From NCBI GenBank assembly GCA_951406725.2, contig OX597827.1, positions 27,280,001 to 27,344,000 of the forward strand: DNA of 64,000 bases. Reading direction: 5' to 3'. The notes under the pieces are model-generated. The model worked only from the letters and a program-made list of their open reading frames with translations, was not told the DNA's origin and made no database searches. Shown piece after piece: positions 28,647 through 41,928 of this stretch (positions within the stretch are counted from its first letter, which is position 1; every line of letters begins with the position of its first letter). The translations under genes and the position numbers were made by a program. The stretch is from Octopus vulgaris (lineage: Eukaryota).

Positions 28647-29740
28647 CCTTGTGTGTGTGTGTATGAACCTCTGACATCATGTGATGGGTGTAAATGAGTA
28701 CCACTGTCATCATACAAGCGGTGTTGTATTTTTATGGTGTTCTATTACAAAGATGTTTGGCCATGGAAATAGATGAAGGTTGGGGACAGGAAAGGCACCA
28801 AGCCATAGAAAATTTGACCAATGTAATCATGGAAAAGTGGGCGTGAAACTGTTAGAACGGTAGCAGAATCGTTAGATTGTTGTTGTTGTTGTCGTCGTCG
28901 TCATTAAGGCGGCAAGCTGGCAGAATCGTTAGCCGAGCAAAATACCAAGTGCCATCCTCATATTCTGAGTTTGAATTCTGCTGTGGTTGACTTTGCCTTT
29001 CATTCTTTCAGGGTTGATAGATTAAGTACAAGTTGTGTACTGGGATTGATCGAATCGAATAGTCCTCTCAAGAAAAATTTCAGGCTTTGTGCCTTAACTA
29101 GAAAGGAATATTACCTCCACCTTGGCAAAGGCAGAGGTATTGTTTTCAGTTGTGTTTGTTTGTTTGTTTGTTCAAGAACTGCTGGATGGATTTGGATGAA
29201 ACTTTCAGGGATGTTTGGCCTCATGACTGGCATGAACTGATTAGATTTTAGGATCGATCTGATTCTGGACAATGATTTTGGATTATTTTTCCGTTTGTTG
29301 GCTAAATTTTTGAGAGCAATCAAGCTCACTTTTAGTATTCTCGTTTGTGAGAACAGTTGAGTCTATTTCAGATATTCTCATTTTAAAAATCATCTCTGGT
29401 TAATCATTGAGAGGACGTTGGTGTTGCCTTGGTGGAGATTTGCAGTCTCTGAGTGCTTTTGTTATAATTATTATTTTTAAGGTGGCAAGCTGCCAGAATC
29501 ATTAACATGCCAGGCAATGCTCAACAGCATTTTGCCTGTCTTTACGTTCTGAGTTCAAATTCCACAAAAATTGACTTTATTGGCTTTCAGGGTCGATAAA
29601 ATAAAGTACAAGTTGATTACTTCCGTCAATGTAATCGACTATCTCCCTCCCCAAAATTTTAGGCCTTGTGCTTTTATCAGAAAAGATTATTATCATCATC
29701 ATTATTATCATCATCAATATTATTGTTGTTGTTGTTGTTG

Positions 29741-30823
29741 TTGTATATAAGACAGATCAATAGTTGAAGAGAATAGATATTTGGAGTTATTGATTATCAC
29801 ACACATGCACGCACATCGTTACAACAGCTAATTTCAAACTCATTAATTGAAGTCTACTACAGAGGCCTTAGTACTGTTGCAAAATTGAAACGGAAACATT
29901 AGCAAAAAGTATACATGTATGTATAAGTATATGTGTATGTATGTATGTATGTATGTGTGTAATATTTATCATTCTTTCTATTTCTCTTTTTGCATATGTA
30001 TATACATGTGTGTTTGTGTGTACAGACTCACTCACACATGCATATATGTATATCATCATCATCATCGTTTAACGTCCGTTCTCCATGCTAGCAATATATA
30101 TAAATATGCATGTATACACACATATGCATATATTTATATACATATATATATGCATATATTTATGTACATATATATATATGTTTGTGTATATGTGTATGTA
30201 TAGGTGTGAAGCATTTATTTATCACAGTTTCTATGTATGTGCATGTACGTAATACACGCACATGCACATATATACACACACATACATGAACACACACATA
30301 TACACACATATACACTCACACACACACATATACACTCATGCACACACACACATGCACACATATATATACCCACACATACACACATATATATACACACACA
30401 TATAAACACACACATACATACACATATGTACAAAACTACATATATAAACAAGCACATGTACAAATATGCACACACACACACACACACTAATATTTCTCAT
30501 GTCAAATTATATACAAAAACAATTTCACATTATATGGAAGGATTACTCAATGGTATTTTGTAGAGTAGAAGATTTTTAAACTTCGAAGTCACTATCAAAC
30601 ATTTTCTAGTAAAATTTGAATACATACATACATAAATACATACATACATGTATATTTTTTGCTAATGCTTCTGTTTCAATTTTGCAACAGTGCTAAGGCC
30701 TCTGTAGTAGACTTCAATTAATGAGTTTGAAATTAGCTGCTGTAACGATGTGCGTGCATGTGTGTGATAATCAATAACTCCTAATATCTATTCTCTTCAA
30801 CTATTGATCTGTCTTATATACAA
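29741..30823. repeat. Inverted repeat, ~180-bp arms around microsatellite-rich spacer
   Basis: 29741-29923 is the reverse complement of ~30640-30823 with few mismatches. Confidence 0.85.
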
Positions 30824-30865
30824 TCATAATACCAGGTGTTATACATGGATGTCTCTCTCCCTTCC

Positions 30866-30914
<49 letters not shown>

Positions 30915-30954
30915 TTCAGTCTATATAAATGTGTGTATATTTATGTTTGTGTGC

Positions 30955-31006
<52 letters not shown>

Positions 31007-31256
31007 ACACACACACACACACATGCACGCACATACACACACACACACACATATATTGTGTTGCCTTGGCAGAATCGTTAGCACGCTGGGCGAAATGCTT
31101 AGCAGTATTTCATCTGCCGTCATGTTGAGTTGAAATTCCACTGAGGTTGACTTTGCCTTTCATCCTTTTGAGGTCGATTAAATAAGTACCAGTTATGCAG
31201 TGGGGTCAATGCAATCGACTTAATCCCTTTGCTTGTCCTCTAGCCCCCCGTGGTCG

Positions 31257-31397
<141 letters not shown>

Positions 31398-31412
31398 GTA
31401 TATATATATATG

Positions 31413-31449
<37 letters not shown>

Positions 31450-31655
31450 ATATATATATATGCTATATATATATATATATATATGCATATATATATATAT
31501 ATATTCAGTAAAAGCAATTAAGATTCAAGTCATTTCTAATGAATTCACTTGAATGCGCTACTTAACTTAGATGCACCAGAAAACTATATGGTATTAACCA
31601 TACAATAATGTGGGGTGATTATAAACGAGAAAAAAGCAACAAGAATGGATTAGTT

Positions 31656-31746
31656 TTTTAGTACAATTGTTTCATACAAAGACAGGCTTTATTAAAAGCT
31701 GCAAGTATTGCAGCAAATACAAGTGTCCCGTACTCATCAGCTAAAA
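31656..31746 (-). ncRNA. Type I hammerhead ribozyme (predicted)
   Basis: TTTTAG-CTGATGA-GTA..long stem II..TAT-GAAA-CAATTG-TA^CTAAAA. Confidence 0.88.
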
Positions 31747-32954
31747 CACATATGAGTTCTCCAAACATCTTAGTGGGTGAGGCTACACTCATGAAGTATC
31801 GGAGATAATTTTATAAAAAGCAAATTCAGGTTGTAAGCGGACTTCCAAAGTTCTTTAATGATGATGCACAGTCTTATCACAGGTTTTAAAAAGCTTATTA
31901 GCTTCACAGAGAAGATGAATCAATCCATAATGTAGGTGCAAATTTCCAGAGATATGAGGAGATATTTCATACTCACAGACGATGAATCTATCCATGATTA
32001 ATCCACAATGAGGTGGGTATAATTTCATGCTATATGATAAGATACTTGTCACACTACTGTTCCCTTCACAAAACTGCTATGTTAGAATTTCTAAAAGCTG
32101 AAGGAATTTTGTGGAGCAAAGAAAAGAAAAGAAAAAAAGAAAAGAAAGAAAGAAAAAGAAAAAGAAGAGGAGGAAAAAAATAAAAAACGCCCACATAGAG
32201 TATACTGGGATAACTAAGAGGGAAGGGGTCGCAGGTATCCCCCTACACAGAAAAGTCTCTCTCTGTGGAGACGGGCAGACTGGCTTAGAATTTGAAGGAA
32301 TCTAAGAATTATAAAGGAGAACATTATTTTTGACCAGTATACAGCTACTAATTGCCAAGGAGCTAAAGCAGATATGAGAATTTAAAGAGAACAGGGGAAG
32401 GGATAGAGGGGTCAAAGGCTATCATTAGAGGGAAATACATTAAGAGAAATAAGTACAATACTAGCAGGAGGTTATTTAATTAATTTATTTATTATTGTTA
32501 TTGTTTATATTGTTGTTACTGTCTATACATTGACAGACTGTAGGTCTATACTTAGAGGTCATTTACAAGGTGTGAGAGAATTGCTTATCATATTGAAATT
32601 TCTTATACTACTTTTAAGGGAGTAGCATTACTTATTTAACTTTGTAATAGAATTATGAAGCAATAGTAACTTATTTTATTTAAGTTGTGTTACCTAAATT
32701 AGATTAAAATTAGATTAACTATAAAGTCAATTAAAACTTTATTTAAGCTTTATTTAAGCAACGTACAAATACTATTTGTTTCTTTATGTTCAAAATCAGG
32801 TGCAGTTAGAAAGAAAGAGATAACCATAGTGTAAGAGCCCGCAGTTATCTATTTAAAAAAATATATTAAAGTTTTGCTTTACTAGTAAGAACAAGATAGA
32901 TCTATCTCCTTATGATTATTCTATACGGTTATTTATTTAAAATATTTTAGAGTC

Positions 32955-33367
32955 TTCATTTTTGCGTGAATACAAAATTGACCCAGTTCTATATGGTTAT
33001 TTAACAAATTCCTATTTTTTCTATGCATTAGAATTTCATACGTCTCCATGGAGCAGAGTTGGCAACCAACCCTGTTATTTTTATAAGGCATTGCTCTTCT
33101 AACTATTTCTCAATTAAGGTTATATTTAATATTATTATTTTTGAGTTCCCAGATATTACTTGAAAGTGTGGTGGTACCAGCTTTATGACGTAACTGAAAA
33201 GATGAGATATGATTGCTAATTCTTTTCTTAAAATTTACAGTACGACCAATATAAAAAAATTTATTCTCAGTAGTTATGGTACATTTATAGATTACATTAC
33301 TTGCCCCGCATAGACCAGGTGCCGGGCATTTTGAGCTAATTCTACAATTACACATAGGGGGGGTCAT
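32955..33367 (-). pseudogene. PLE GIY-YIG endonuclease remnant
   Basis: Motif-by-motif similarity to the C-terminus of the 34314 ORF; in-frame TGA where that ORF has W (IQWKIL). Confidence 0.85.
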
Positions 33368-33651
33368 CTTCAGATGTTGGATTATTTATGGATAGATGTC
33401 TCATGTTCTTGCTATTCTGATTATCATGAGTATATTTATCGTTATTATTATTATTATTATAGTTAATGCTGTTATCTAAAGCAGTGTTATCATTTATCGA
33501 TCCTTTTACGCTATCCTTTAGATCTAAAGTCCTACCATGATTACTTACATTATTGGTATTGTTATTATTATTGCTAGTATTTGTATCCGAATTTATATTG
33601 TTGTTATAGAATATATATATGAATATGTATATGTATATATATATATATATA

Positions 33652-33763
<112 letters not shown>

Positions 33764-33787
33764 TGTATGTTATATATATATATGTAT

Positions 33788-33832
<45 letters not shown>

Positions 33833-33934
33833 TATGTATGTATATATATATATATGTATGTATATATATATATATATATGTATGTATATATATATATATA
33901 TATATGTATGTGTATATATATATATATGTATGTG

Positions 33935-33967
<33 letters not shown>

Positions 33968-33988
33968 ATATATATATATATGTATGTG

Positions 33989-34021
<33 letters not shown>

Positions 34022-34050
34022 GTATCTATACAATATGTTACATTACTCGG

Positions 34051-34124
34051 TAGTCAAGATAAAACTCTGAGTTTCAGATGCCGAAGTGGAAATCCACAAC
34101 ACCATCTCTTCGGTTATCTGGCTA
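34051..34124 (-). ncRNA. Type I hammerhead ribozyme of P1 (predicted)
   Basis: Same sequence as 14779-14852, in the 3' UTR and sense to the ORF. Confidence 0.75.
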
Positions 34125-34313
34125 TTTGAAAACGTTATGAAAAAATACCGTTAAAAATGAAGGGAAATTACTCTGTTATAACTCTGCTTTGCCTGCGTAC
34201 TTATACATCGCTCGCATTTTTCGTCATAAAAATTATATAAAAATACATAAAAAAATATAAAAATATATAAAAATATATAAAATCTTCTTGGGACATAACA
34301 CAGAAAGCATGTT

Positions 34314-35832
34314 CTATCCGTTTTCTTTAGGGGACCAAAAACGTAACAGAAATTTAGTCACATGTGGGCATGATCCGAAAAGCTCTGTTCTTGTATTTAG
34401 ACATGTGGTAGGGTCTAAGCTGCTTTTCCAGATAAGCCATCTCTCCATGTCGCATAAACCGCACCTTCCGCTGCCGTTAGTATAGGGCTTACATCTGGCC
34501 AAAATCTTCCATTGTATGTTATAATCGACACCTTTATCTCTTAAAGACCAAATATGATTGGATAATTGTGTCGCTTTTCTTTTGTTCCAGTGCCTAAAGC
34601 TCAAAGTGTGGTTATTGAACCTGGCCTTGAAATTACCCTCTGTCAGGCCCACGTATTTCTTCGTCGAAACGGTGTCTTTAGTGGTTATAGAGTTTACGGT
34701 AGCTTCATATATGATGGTCTTGGACATGCAAGCTCCATTTAGCGGGCACAATTCTTTATTCCTGCATGAACAGCTGTTTTCTTCTTGTGTTTTTTGTATG
34801 TTATGATTGATTATGTTTTTAAAATTTGTAGTTGAACTAAAACTAATTTTTAAATTGTGTCTATTGAAGAGTTTCCTATAAGCATGGTTAACTGGAAAAT
34901 GTCTATCTATCAGTGCTAGGAAATATTTACCTATATTGAAGGCCACCTCGGGTGAGTAAGGGGGCGTAAACCAGATGACCTTCCTATTTCTATTATTCCT
35001 TTTCCTTATTGTTGGGCTGGTGATAGGTGTATATTTTATTTTTTCGCTAAAACCACTATCTTTTAAAGCTTTATTATAAACTGGGGCAACGCTATTGAAG
35101 ATGTCCTCATTAGATGAGAGGCTAGAAATCCTCTTACTAATATTTTTAACTAAATTTTTGAATACTATAGGGGGATGGCATGAACCTACATTAATATAAC
35201 TTAGTCTATCATTGGGCTTCCTATAAGGCTTATAAATATTATTATTAAGATCTAAGGAAACGTCTAAGAAATTGACAACCGTCAGGTTAGTGTCTATAGT
35301 TATACTAAGTCCGAAGTGTTTCATTAACTGGATAATATCCTTCCTAAAACGATCTTGTGCTGGTCCATTTGTATTAGCTGTTAAGGCGAGGGCATCATCT
35401 TTGTAGATGGCGAAATGTACGTTAGGGAATGTCTTACTGAAGGTATCTAGGAGAAAGAGTCCAATTAGAACACAGATGCCTGCCCCATCATATGAACCCA
35501 TGCTCACATCGAAAGCGCCCTCCGTGTCGGTGTTTTTTATCCACTTTGCATTCTCACTGAAAAGTAATGTCTTTCTAGCATGGAAGATTATATCCTTATC
35601 ATTGGTACTAATTTCTATGAAGTCACTAGCGAAGATTAGGGCTTTATCTAGCAGTTCTTTAGAGATAGAGGCATAAAAATCAACAATATCGAATTGTGTA
35701 AACCTCGCTTTTTTCTTATTCTTAATAGCTTTAAACCAGTCTACGACTTCTATACTATTGGACCATTGCACTAGCCTAGTATCGGTCTTAATTTTCGTAT
35801 TTATTTTATCTAAAATTTCTTTGCTAATAATC

Positions 35833-35834
<2 letters not shown>
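34314..35834 (-). CDS. Penelope-like element ORF (RT + C-terminal GIY-YIG endonuclease), 5'-truncated at a (TA)n tract; probably Naiad-type
   Basis: Open frame with RT motifs FDIVDFY, MGSYDGA, YKDD and FLDV. GIY-YIG part: IIYEA...YVGLT...FKARFNNH, with CSC..CPL..C before and CGLC..E...LN.R.E...CPH after. The frame stays open upstream of the called start to the (TA)n at ~35835. Clade assignment is inferred from motif pattern. Confidence 0.93.
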
Positions 35835-35878
<44 letters not shown>

Positions 35879-35889
35879 ATATATATTTA

Positions 35890-35932
<43 letters not shown>

Positions 35933-35937
35933 ATATA

Positions 35938-35973
<36 letters not shown>

Positions 35974-36819
35974 TATATATGTATGTATGTATGTATATAT
36001 ATATATGTATGTATATATATATATGTATGTATGCATGTATGTATATATATATATATATATGTATGTATATATATATATGTATATATTATAATAATAATAA
36101 AGGGTAAAATCATAAATGAGTTTTACCAAGTGGCCAGCGCGAAAATAAAACCTCGTAGGTAAATTAATATAAATATTTTATAATTATATACATAATTATA
36201 ACAAGTGCTTGGTTTGCGCCTCACCACGCACTCAAAAATAGACGTCAAAAGACTCTATTACCACCATAAATTCTCCGAGAAAAAATCTATACATAGGCTA
36301 GTAGAAGAAAGAAATTGAATTACAAACTTTAGTTAATTAAATATATATATATATATATGAATATGTATGAATGCATATATATATGTGTGTGCGAGTATAG
36401 AGAGAGAGAGAGAGAGAGCTTCATAGATAAATAAACATCTGTCTACATATGTATATATGTGTGTGTATATACATATTAGGTAGTTGTAAAAGGAGTCTAG
36501 GGTGGGGGTGTGGTAAGACCTTATTCTTGTGTGTCCTGGTCATGTGGGAGAGGGCAGTATATATCCTCAAACCAGAGGTTTGACCTGATATATTCTTTGC
36601 AAATAAAAGTTGCTTAGAGGGTATGTTAACCTCAAAAAGGGATGGTTGCATGCAAAGAAATGCTGGTTCTGTACCTAGTGTTTTTGAGAAATGAAATTTC
36701 CTTAAATCTATAGATATATATTACGCATATGATTTCTGTTGAGATGGAAAGAAAATGGGGAAAAAAAAGTGGTTGAGGAAATTTTAACTCTCCAGTTTCT
36801 TCAGTTAACTGAACATGAA

Positions 36820-37020
36820 AAGGCAGTTAGCTGGCAGAAACATTATCGCACTGGGCAAAATGCTTAGTGATATTTCGTCCGTCTTTACGTTCTGAGTTCA
36901 AATTCCGCTGAAGTCGACTTTGCCTTTCATCCTTCCAGGGTCAATAAATTAAGTACCAGTTACATACTGGGGTCAATCTCATCGATTAGTTCCCCCCCAA
37001 AAAAAATTTCAGGCCTTGTG
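36820..37020 (+). mobile_element. SINE family B (Nin/Deu-like central domain), representative copy
   Basis: GAGTTCAAATTCC B-box and GCCTTTCATCCTT..GGGTC.ATAAA..AAGTACC domain. Other copies at approx 165-375+, 11752-11945+, 22360-22577-, 28905-29110+, 29478-29690+, 31068-31260+, 42520-42720+, 52943-53158+, 53180-53345-, 55280-55430-. Confidence 0.85.
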
Positions 37021-37064
37021 CCTAGAGTAGAAAAGAATTAGCTGAACATGAATTATATATTATA

Positions 37065-37100
<36 letters not shown>

Positions 37101-38275
37101 TGTATGTATGTTTGTGTGTCTGTGTGTGTCCCTCACCATCGCGTGTCAACCAATGTTGGTGTGTTTAACTTAGCAGTTCGGCAAGAGAGACTGACAGAAT
37201 AAGTACTAGGCTTACAAATAATAAATCCTGGGATCGATTCATTCGACTGAAGGTGGTGCTCCAGCATGGCAGTAGTTAAATGACTTAAACAAATGAAAGA
37301 GTGTTAAAATATTGTATGTACTGTAAAAGTATAACCACTTTATTGCAGATAAATTTTGAAGACAAAACCTTATGTGGACCCCATTTGAGAACCACTTAAG
37401 TGCATCATTAGATGAAAAGAAAAGGACACATTAGACAAGGTAGTAATAGATACATTCAGTAGCATACTGGGTCTGAAAATATTGGTTGCCAGGAGACTTA
37501 GGGGGCCCACCCACAATTACAAGGGGGCCCACCTGCAACTACAATGCTATCATTTAATTGTTTTTTGTGTGTGTGTTAAAAGTATTCTTTTCAACTGTCT
37601 ACAGACACAGCCAGGCTGAAATAATGTATTCTTGCAGGAGTGAATTAAAAATTCTCAAACTTGAGGGATAGGCCCCTTAGATACTAACATGGGCCCTCAT
37701 ATATGGATTTTAATGGCGCAGTGGCCCACTTGTCCTTGGACAAGCTGGCAACCTGGCCAGTCCACCACTGGATACACTATGCTGTGATAAAAGACAATAA
37801 CCAGAGATGGCTGTGGTTAGAAATAGAAGCCAAATCACATAGTATATTATTAACTTAAAAAAGAAAAAAGGAAGGACATATAAACCAATGTAGTTAGAAA
37901 TGCATGATGCTGAAATAAAAGACAGGAATCAGAGATGGTTGATGTTAGAAATAGCAGCCAAATTTCCAGCATTTTTCAGACTATTGAGTTAAACAAAGGG
38001 AAGGACAGTTTACATCATCTACTTTCAAATAGATGGTGCCTGAATAAAAGAAGGAATAAGAGATGTTTATGAATAGAAATAGCACCTAAATATCCCTCAA
38101 TATTTGGCCTACCATATTTGATAAAAGGAAATGGGATACTAGACAAAAGTCCTTAATTTAATATCGACAGAGTGTGTTGGGATAAAAGACTGGCACCTTC
38201 AGAGTTGGGGTTCATGGCTGCATCCTCTACAGTCATAGGTCGGCTTGAAAAACAACAACAACAACAACAACAACA

Positions 38276-38320
<45 letters not shown>

Positions 38321-38466
38321 GCCACTACTGCTACTACACCAAATATAGGTGCAGGCATGGTGTGGGGTAAGAAACTTGCTTTTTGAAGTATACATACATA
38401 CGTATATATGTGTATATATATGTATGTATGTGTGTCTGTGTGTGTGTGTATGTATATATATATATA

Positions 38467-38514
<48 letters not shown>

Positions 38515-38526
38515 TATATATATATA

Positions 38527-38953
38527 GCAATAATAATTCTCTAAAAGAGATATAGACAGTAACTGCTCGATAACATAAGGGACTAAAGCCATCTGAATAT
38601 GGCTAGGGACAGGGCAGGGTGGTGGGGGTGTTACTGTTGCATTTAGCCCCAGGCGAACATCGACGTCACCAGAAAGGCTCGACACCGTCACGGTGTCCTT
38701 ATCCTGCAAAGGGAGGTAATTCCCCGATGAAGCGGAAACCACACGCCGACGATAGGCAATACACCTTGAAACCATGGTCCGTGTGTGGTTTCCGCTTCAT
38801 CGGGGAATTACCTCCCTTTGCAGGATAAGGACACCGTGACGGTGTCGAGCCTTTCTGGTGACGTCGATGTTCGCCTGGGGCTAAATGCAACAGTAACACC
38901 CCCACCACCCTGCCCTGTCCCTAGCCATATTCAGATGGCTTTAGTCCCTTATG

Positions 38954-38957
<4 letters not shown>
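38527..38957. mobile_element. Fold-back element in (TA)n whose loop is a hammerhead core
   Basis: Near-perfect arms 38570-38745/38780-38957; left end 43 nt longer. Confidence 0.9.
38740..38785 (+). ncRNA. Minimal type I hammerhead ribozyme (predicted)
   Basis: CACACG-CCGACGA-T-AGG caataca CCT-T-GAAA-CCATGG-TC^CGTGTG. Confidence 0.85.
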
Positions 38958-38999
<42 letters not shown>

Positions 39000-39134
39000 G
39001 GGAGTCTGTATGTACGTATATGCACACACACACACATACACACACACGTAAGCATCTATATACCAGACAAGGTGTTGAAAATAGTACCTAGAAGAGTAAA
39101 ATATTATTTAAGCGAAGCTGAAGACCTTCACAAA

Positions 39135-39206
<72 letters not shown>

Positions 39207-39998
39207 TGTGTGCATGTGTGGTGTGCGTCTGAGTGCACACACCCATTCATGTATATGATGAGACCCTGGAGATTGGGGGAGCTGTGTTGGGAGTTGTATG
39301 GTGATTGGGTGTGAAGGCTTCACTGAAACATTGTTGAGTCTTCAACTATTTTTGTTTTTGTTTTGTTTAGTTTTGTCCCTTCATTCCCTATTAGAAAATT
39401 CATTGCCTCATTACATATATCCCCTTCTTTAAGCTTCTAAACCCCATTACAAAGCAAGGGGCTAGAGGTGTCTGTATCACTCACTGCACCCATCCTTTCA
39501 TCTTTTGCCACTTCCTTACTGCCTGCTCCCTTCCTGGCACTCCTTCTTCCATGACCATATTTCCTAGTAATCCTGCCACCATTAAGTTTACTCTTCCCAC
39601 TTTTCTCTCAGATTGCTCACTGCCCTTTACTGCCCCCTTTTCTTCTGCCTAACCCTGCATGGTGGTAGCATCCACATGTACTCTACATTATGTATCCCTC
39701 CCCTTCTTGTTTAACATATTAAGTATTAACATGGCCATCCTTCAGGACAACAGGTGCACACTTCCAAGCAAAGTACGTGACTGTTGTTATATATGTCACT
39801 CTATGTGTGTTTTGGTTGGGCATGGTAAGGTTGTCTTTTCCAAAATTCTTAAAATAGCATTTTGCCAAAGAATGAGTTCAATTTTACTCTATTAAAGCCG
39901 AAGAAAACTTCACAAAATGCTGCCCAGAGTTTCCCATGACCGTTCATTAGGCACTTCTGATAGTCCAGACCAGTTTGAATTTTTGGTTATAATAAAAT

Positions 39999-40045
<47 letters not shown>

Positions 40046-40431
40046 ATATGTATATATATATATGTGTGTGCGTATATATGTATATATATATATAGATAGA
40101 TAGATAGATATGTATATATAATATATATATATGAATATATATATGTATGTATATATATATGTATATATACATATTGTATATATATGTATATATACATATA
40201 TATGTATATATATATATACATATATATGTATATATATATATACATATATGTACATATATATGTATATATATACATATATGTACATATATATATATATGTA
40301 TATATATACATATATGTACAATATATATATATGTATATATATACATATATGTACATATATATATATATGTACATATATATATATACATATATGTACATAT
40401 ATATATATGTACATATATATATATATATATA

Positions 40432-40471
<40 letters not shown>

Positions 40472-40475
<4 letters not shown>

Positions 40476-40661
40476 GACAAATTCCTTCAAACAGTACCGG
40501 ACAAACCACCCACACCCGGATATGTCTCCGCAAACAATAACTCTCTGCTCGAATGGGCCTTGGTGCCCAAATCCTGAACTGAAAGACTTCGCCAGGTGGT
40601 GCTATTAAGTTAGACATGGCCTGGGCCAATACTGGCCAAAACCTTTCTAAGTTATTCTAAG

Positions 40662-40662
<1 letters not shown>
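40472..40662 (+). mobile_element. 5'-truncated CR1-like LINE 3' end in (TA)n
   Basis: [17 protein letters not shown]....NSLLEW resembles invertebrate CR1-group ORF2 C-termini; ends in tandem TTCTAAGT(TA). Confidence 0.65.
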
Positions 40663-40701
<39 letters not shown>

Positions 40702-40772
40702 GTATATATATATATACATGTACATATATATATACATATATATATATATATGTACATATATATATATATATA

Positions 40773-40988
<216 letters not shown>

Positions 40989-40992
40989 GTAC

Positions 40993-41038
40993 GTTTATTG
41001 GCTAAACTGGCAATATGACCATTCCGAAATATAACAAT
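40993..41038 (+). mobile_element. ~45-bp 3'-terminal stub of the 46-47 kb PLE family in (TA)n
   Basis: Near-identical to 47399-47444. Confidence 0.85.
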
Positions 41039-41050
41039 ATATATATATGT

Positions 41051-41181
<131 letters not shown>

Positions 41182-41668
41182 GCACATATATATAGGTGCA
41201 GGTGTGGCTGTGTGGTAAGTAGTTAGCTTCGAAACCACATGGTTCAGGTTCAGTCCCACTGTGTGGCACCTTGGGCAAATGTCTTCTATAGCCTGAGGTC
41301 AACCAAAGTGGATTTGGTAGACAGAAACTGAGAGAAGTATATATATGTATGTGTGTGTATGTTTGTGTGTTTGTTTGTGTGTCTGTATTTATGTCTCCAT
41401 AACTTCGGCAAGTTCGGCAAGAGAGACTAATATAAGTACTAGGCTTACAAAGAATGAGTCCTGGGGTGCAATTTGTTCGACTAAAGGCAGTGTTCCAGCA
41501 TGGCCACAGTCAAATGACTGAAACAAGTAAAACAATAATAGAATATGTGTGTATATATGTGTGTGTGTGAGTGTACAAAACCAAGAATGCGTTGAGTTCC
41601 ATTAATGTCTGTTTTCTTTTTGTGCATTTACTATACATCTTTTAATTTATATATATATTTATATCTTA

Positions 41669-41714
<46 letters not shown>

Positions 41715-41720
41715 TTCTCT

Positions 41721-41880
<160 letters not shown>

Positions 41881-41889
41881 ATGTATATG

Positions 41890-41928
<39 letters not shown>

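Larger units (their letters stand above)
31505..33610 (-). mobile_element. Degenerate Penelope-like element (second family) with GIY-YIG remnant and hammerhead in long 3' UTR
   Basis: CNCR..KCP...VIYKC...FYIGRT..FKKRISNH (33110-33367), continuing past a TGA into CQLCSME. Hammerhead at 31656-31746. Bounded by (TA)n. Upstream limit approximate. Confidence 0.75.
34023..35834 (-). mobile_element. Penelope-like retroelement (family P1) inserted in TA microsatellite
   Basis: ORF plus ~290 nt 3' UTR containing a hammerhead; (TA)n on both sides; near-identical to 14751-15638. Confidence 0.92.

Noticed and set aside
30682-30745. Hammerhead in the 29.7/30.8 kb arms
   Set aside because: Stem and GAAA present but no CUGANGA-like core.
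33105-33115. In-frame TGA as selenocysteine in the degenerate PLE
   Set aside because: Aligns to Trp rather than Cys in the intact ORF, no SECIS seen, and the element is decayed.
38724-38752. CCGATGAAGCG as a second hammerhead core
   Set aside because: No GAAA plus stem III/I in register; it is the antisense arm of the palindrome.
38800-38890. HDV-like ribozyme suggested by GGGCTAAATG
   Set aside because: No P1/P3/L3 nested pseudoknot can be formed in any copy.
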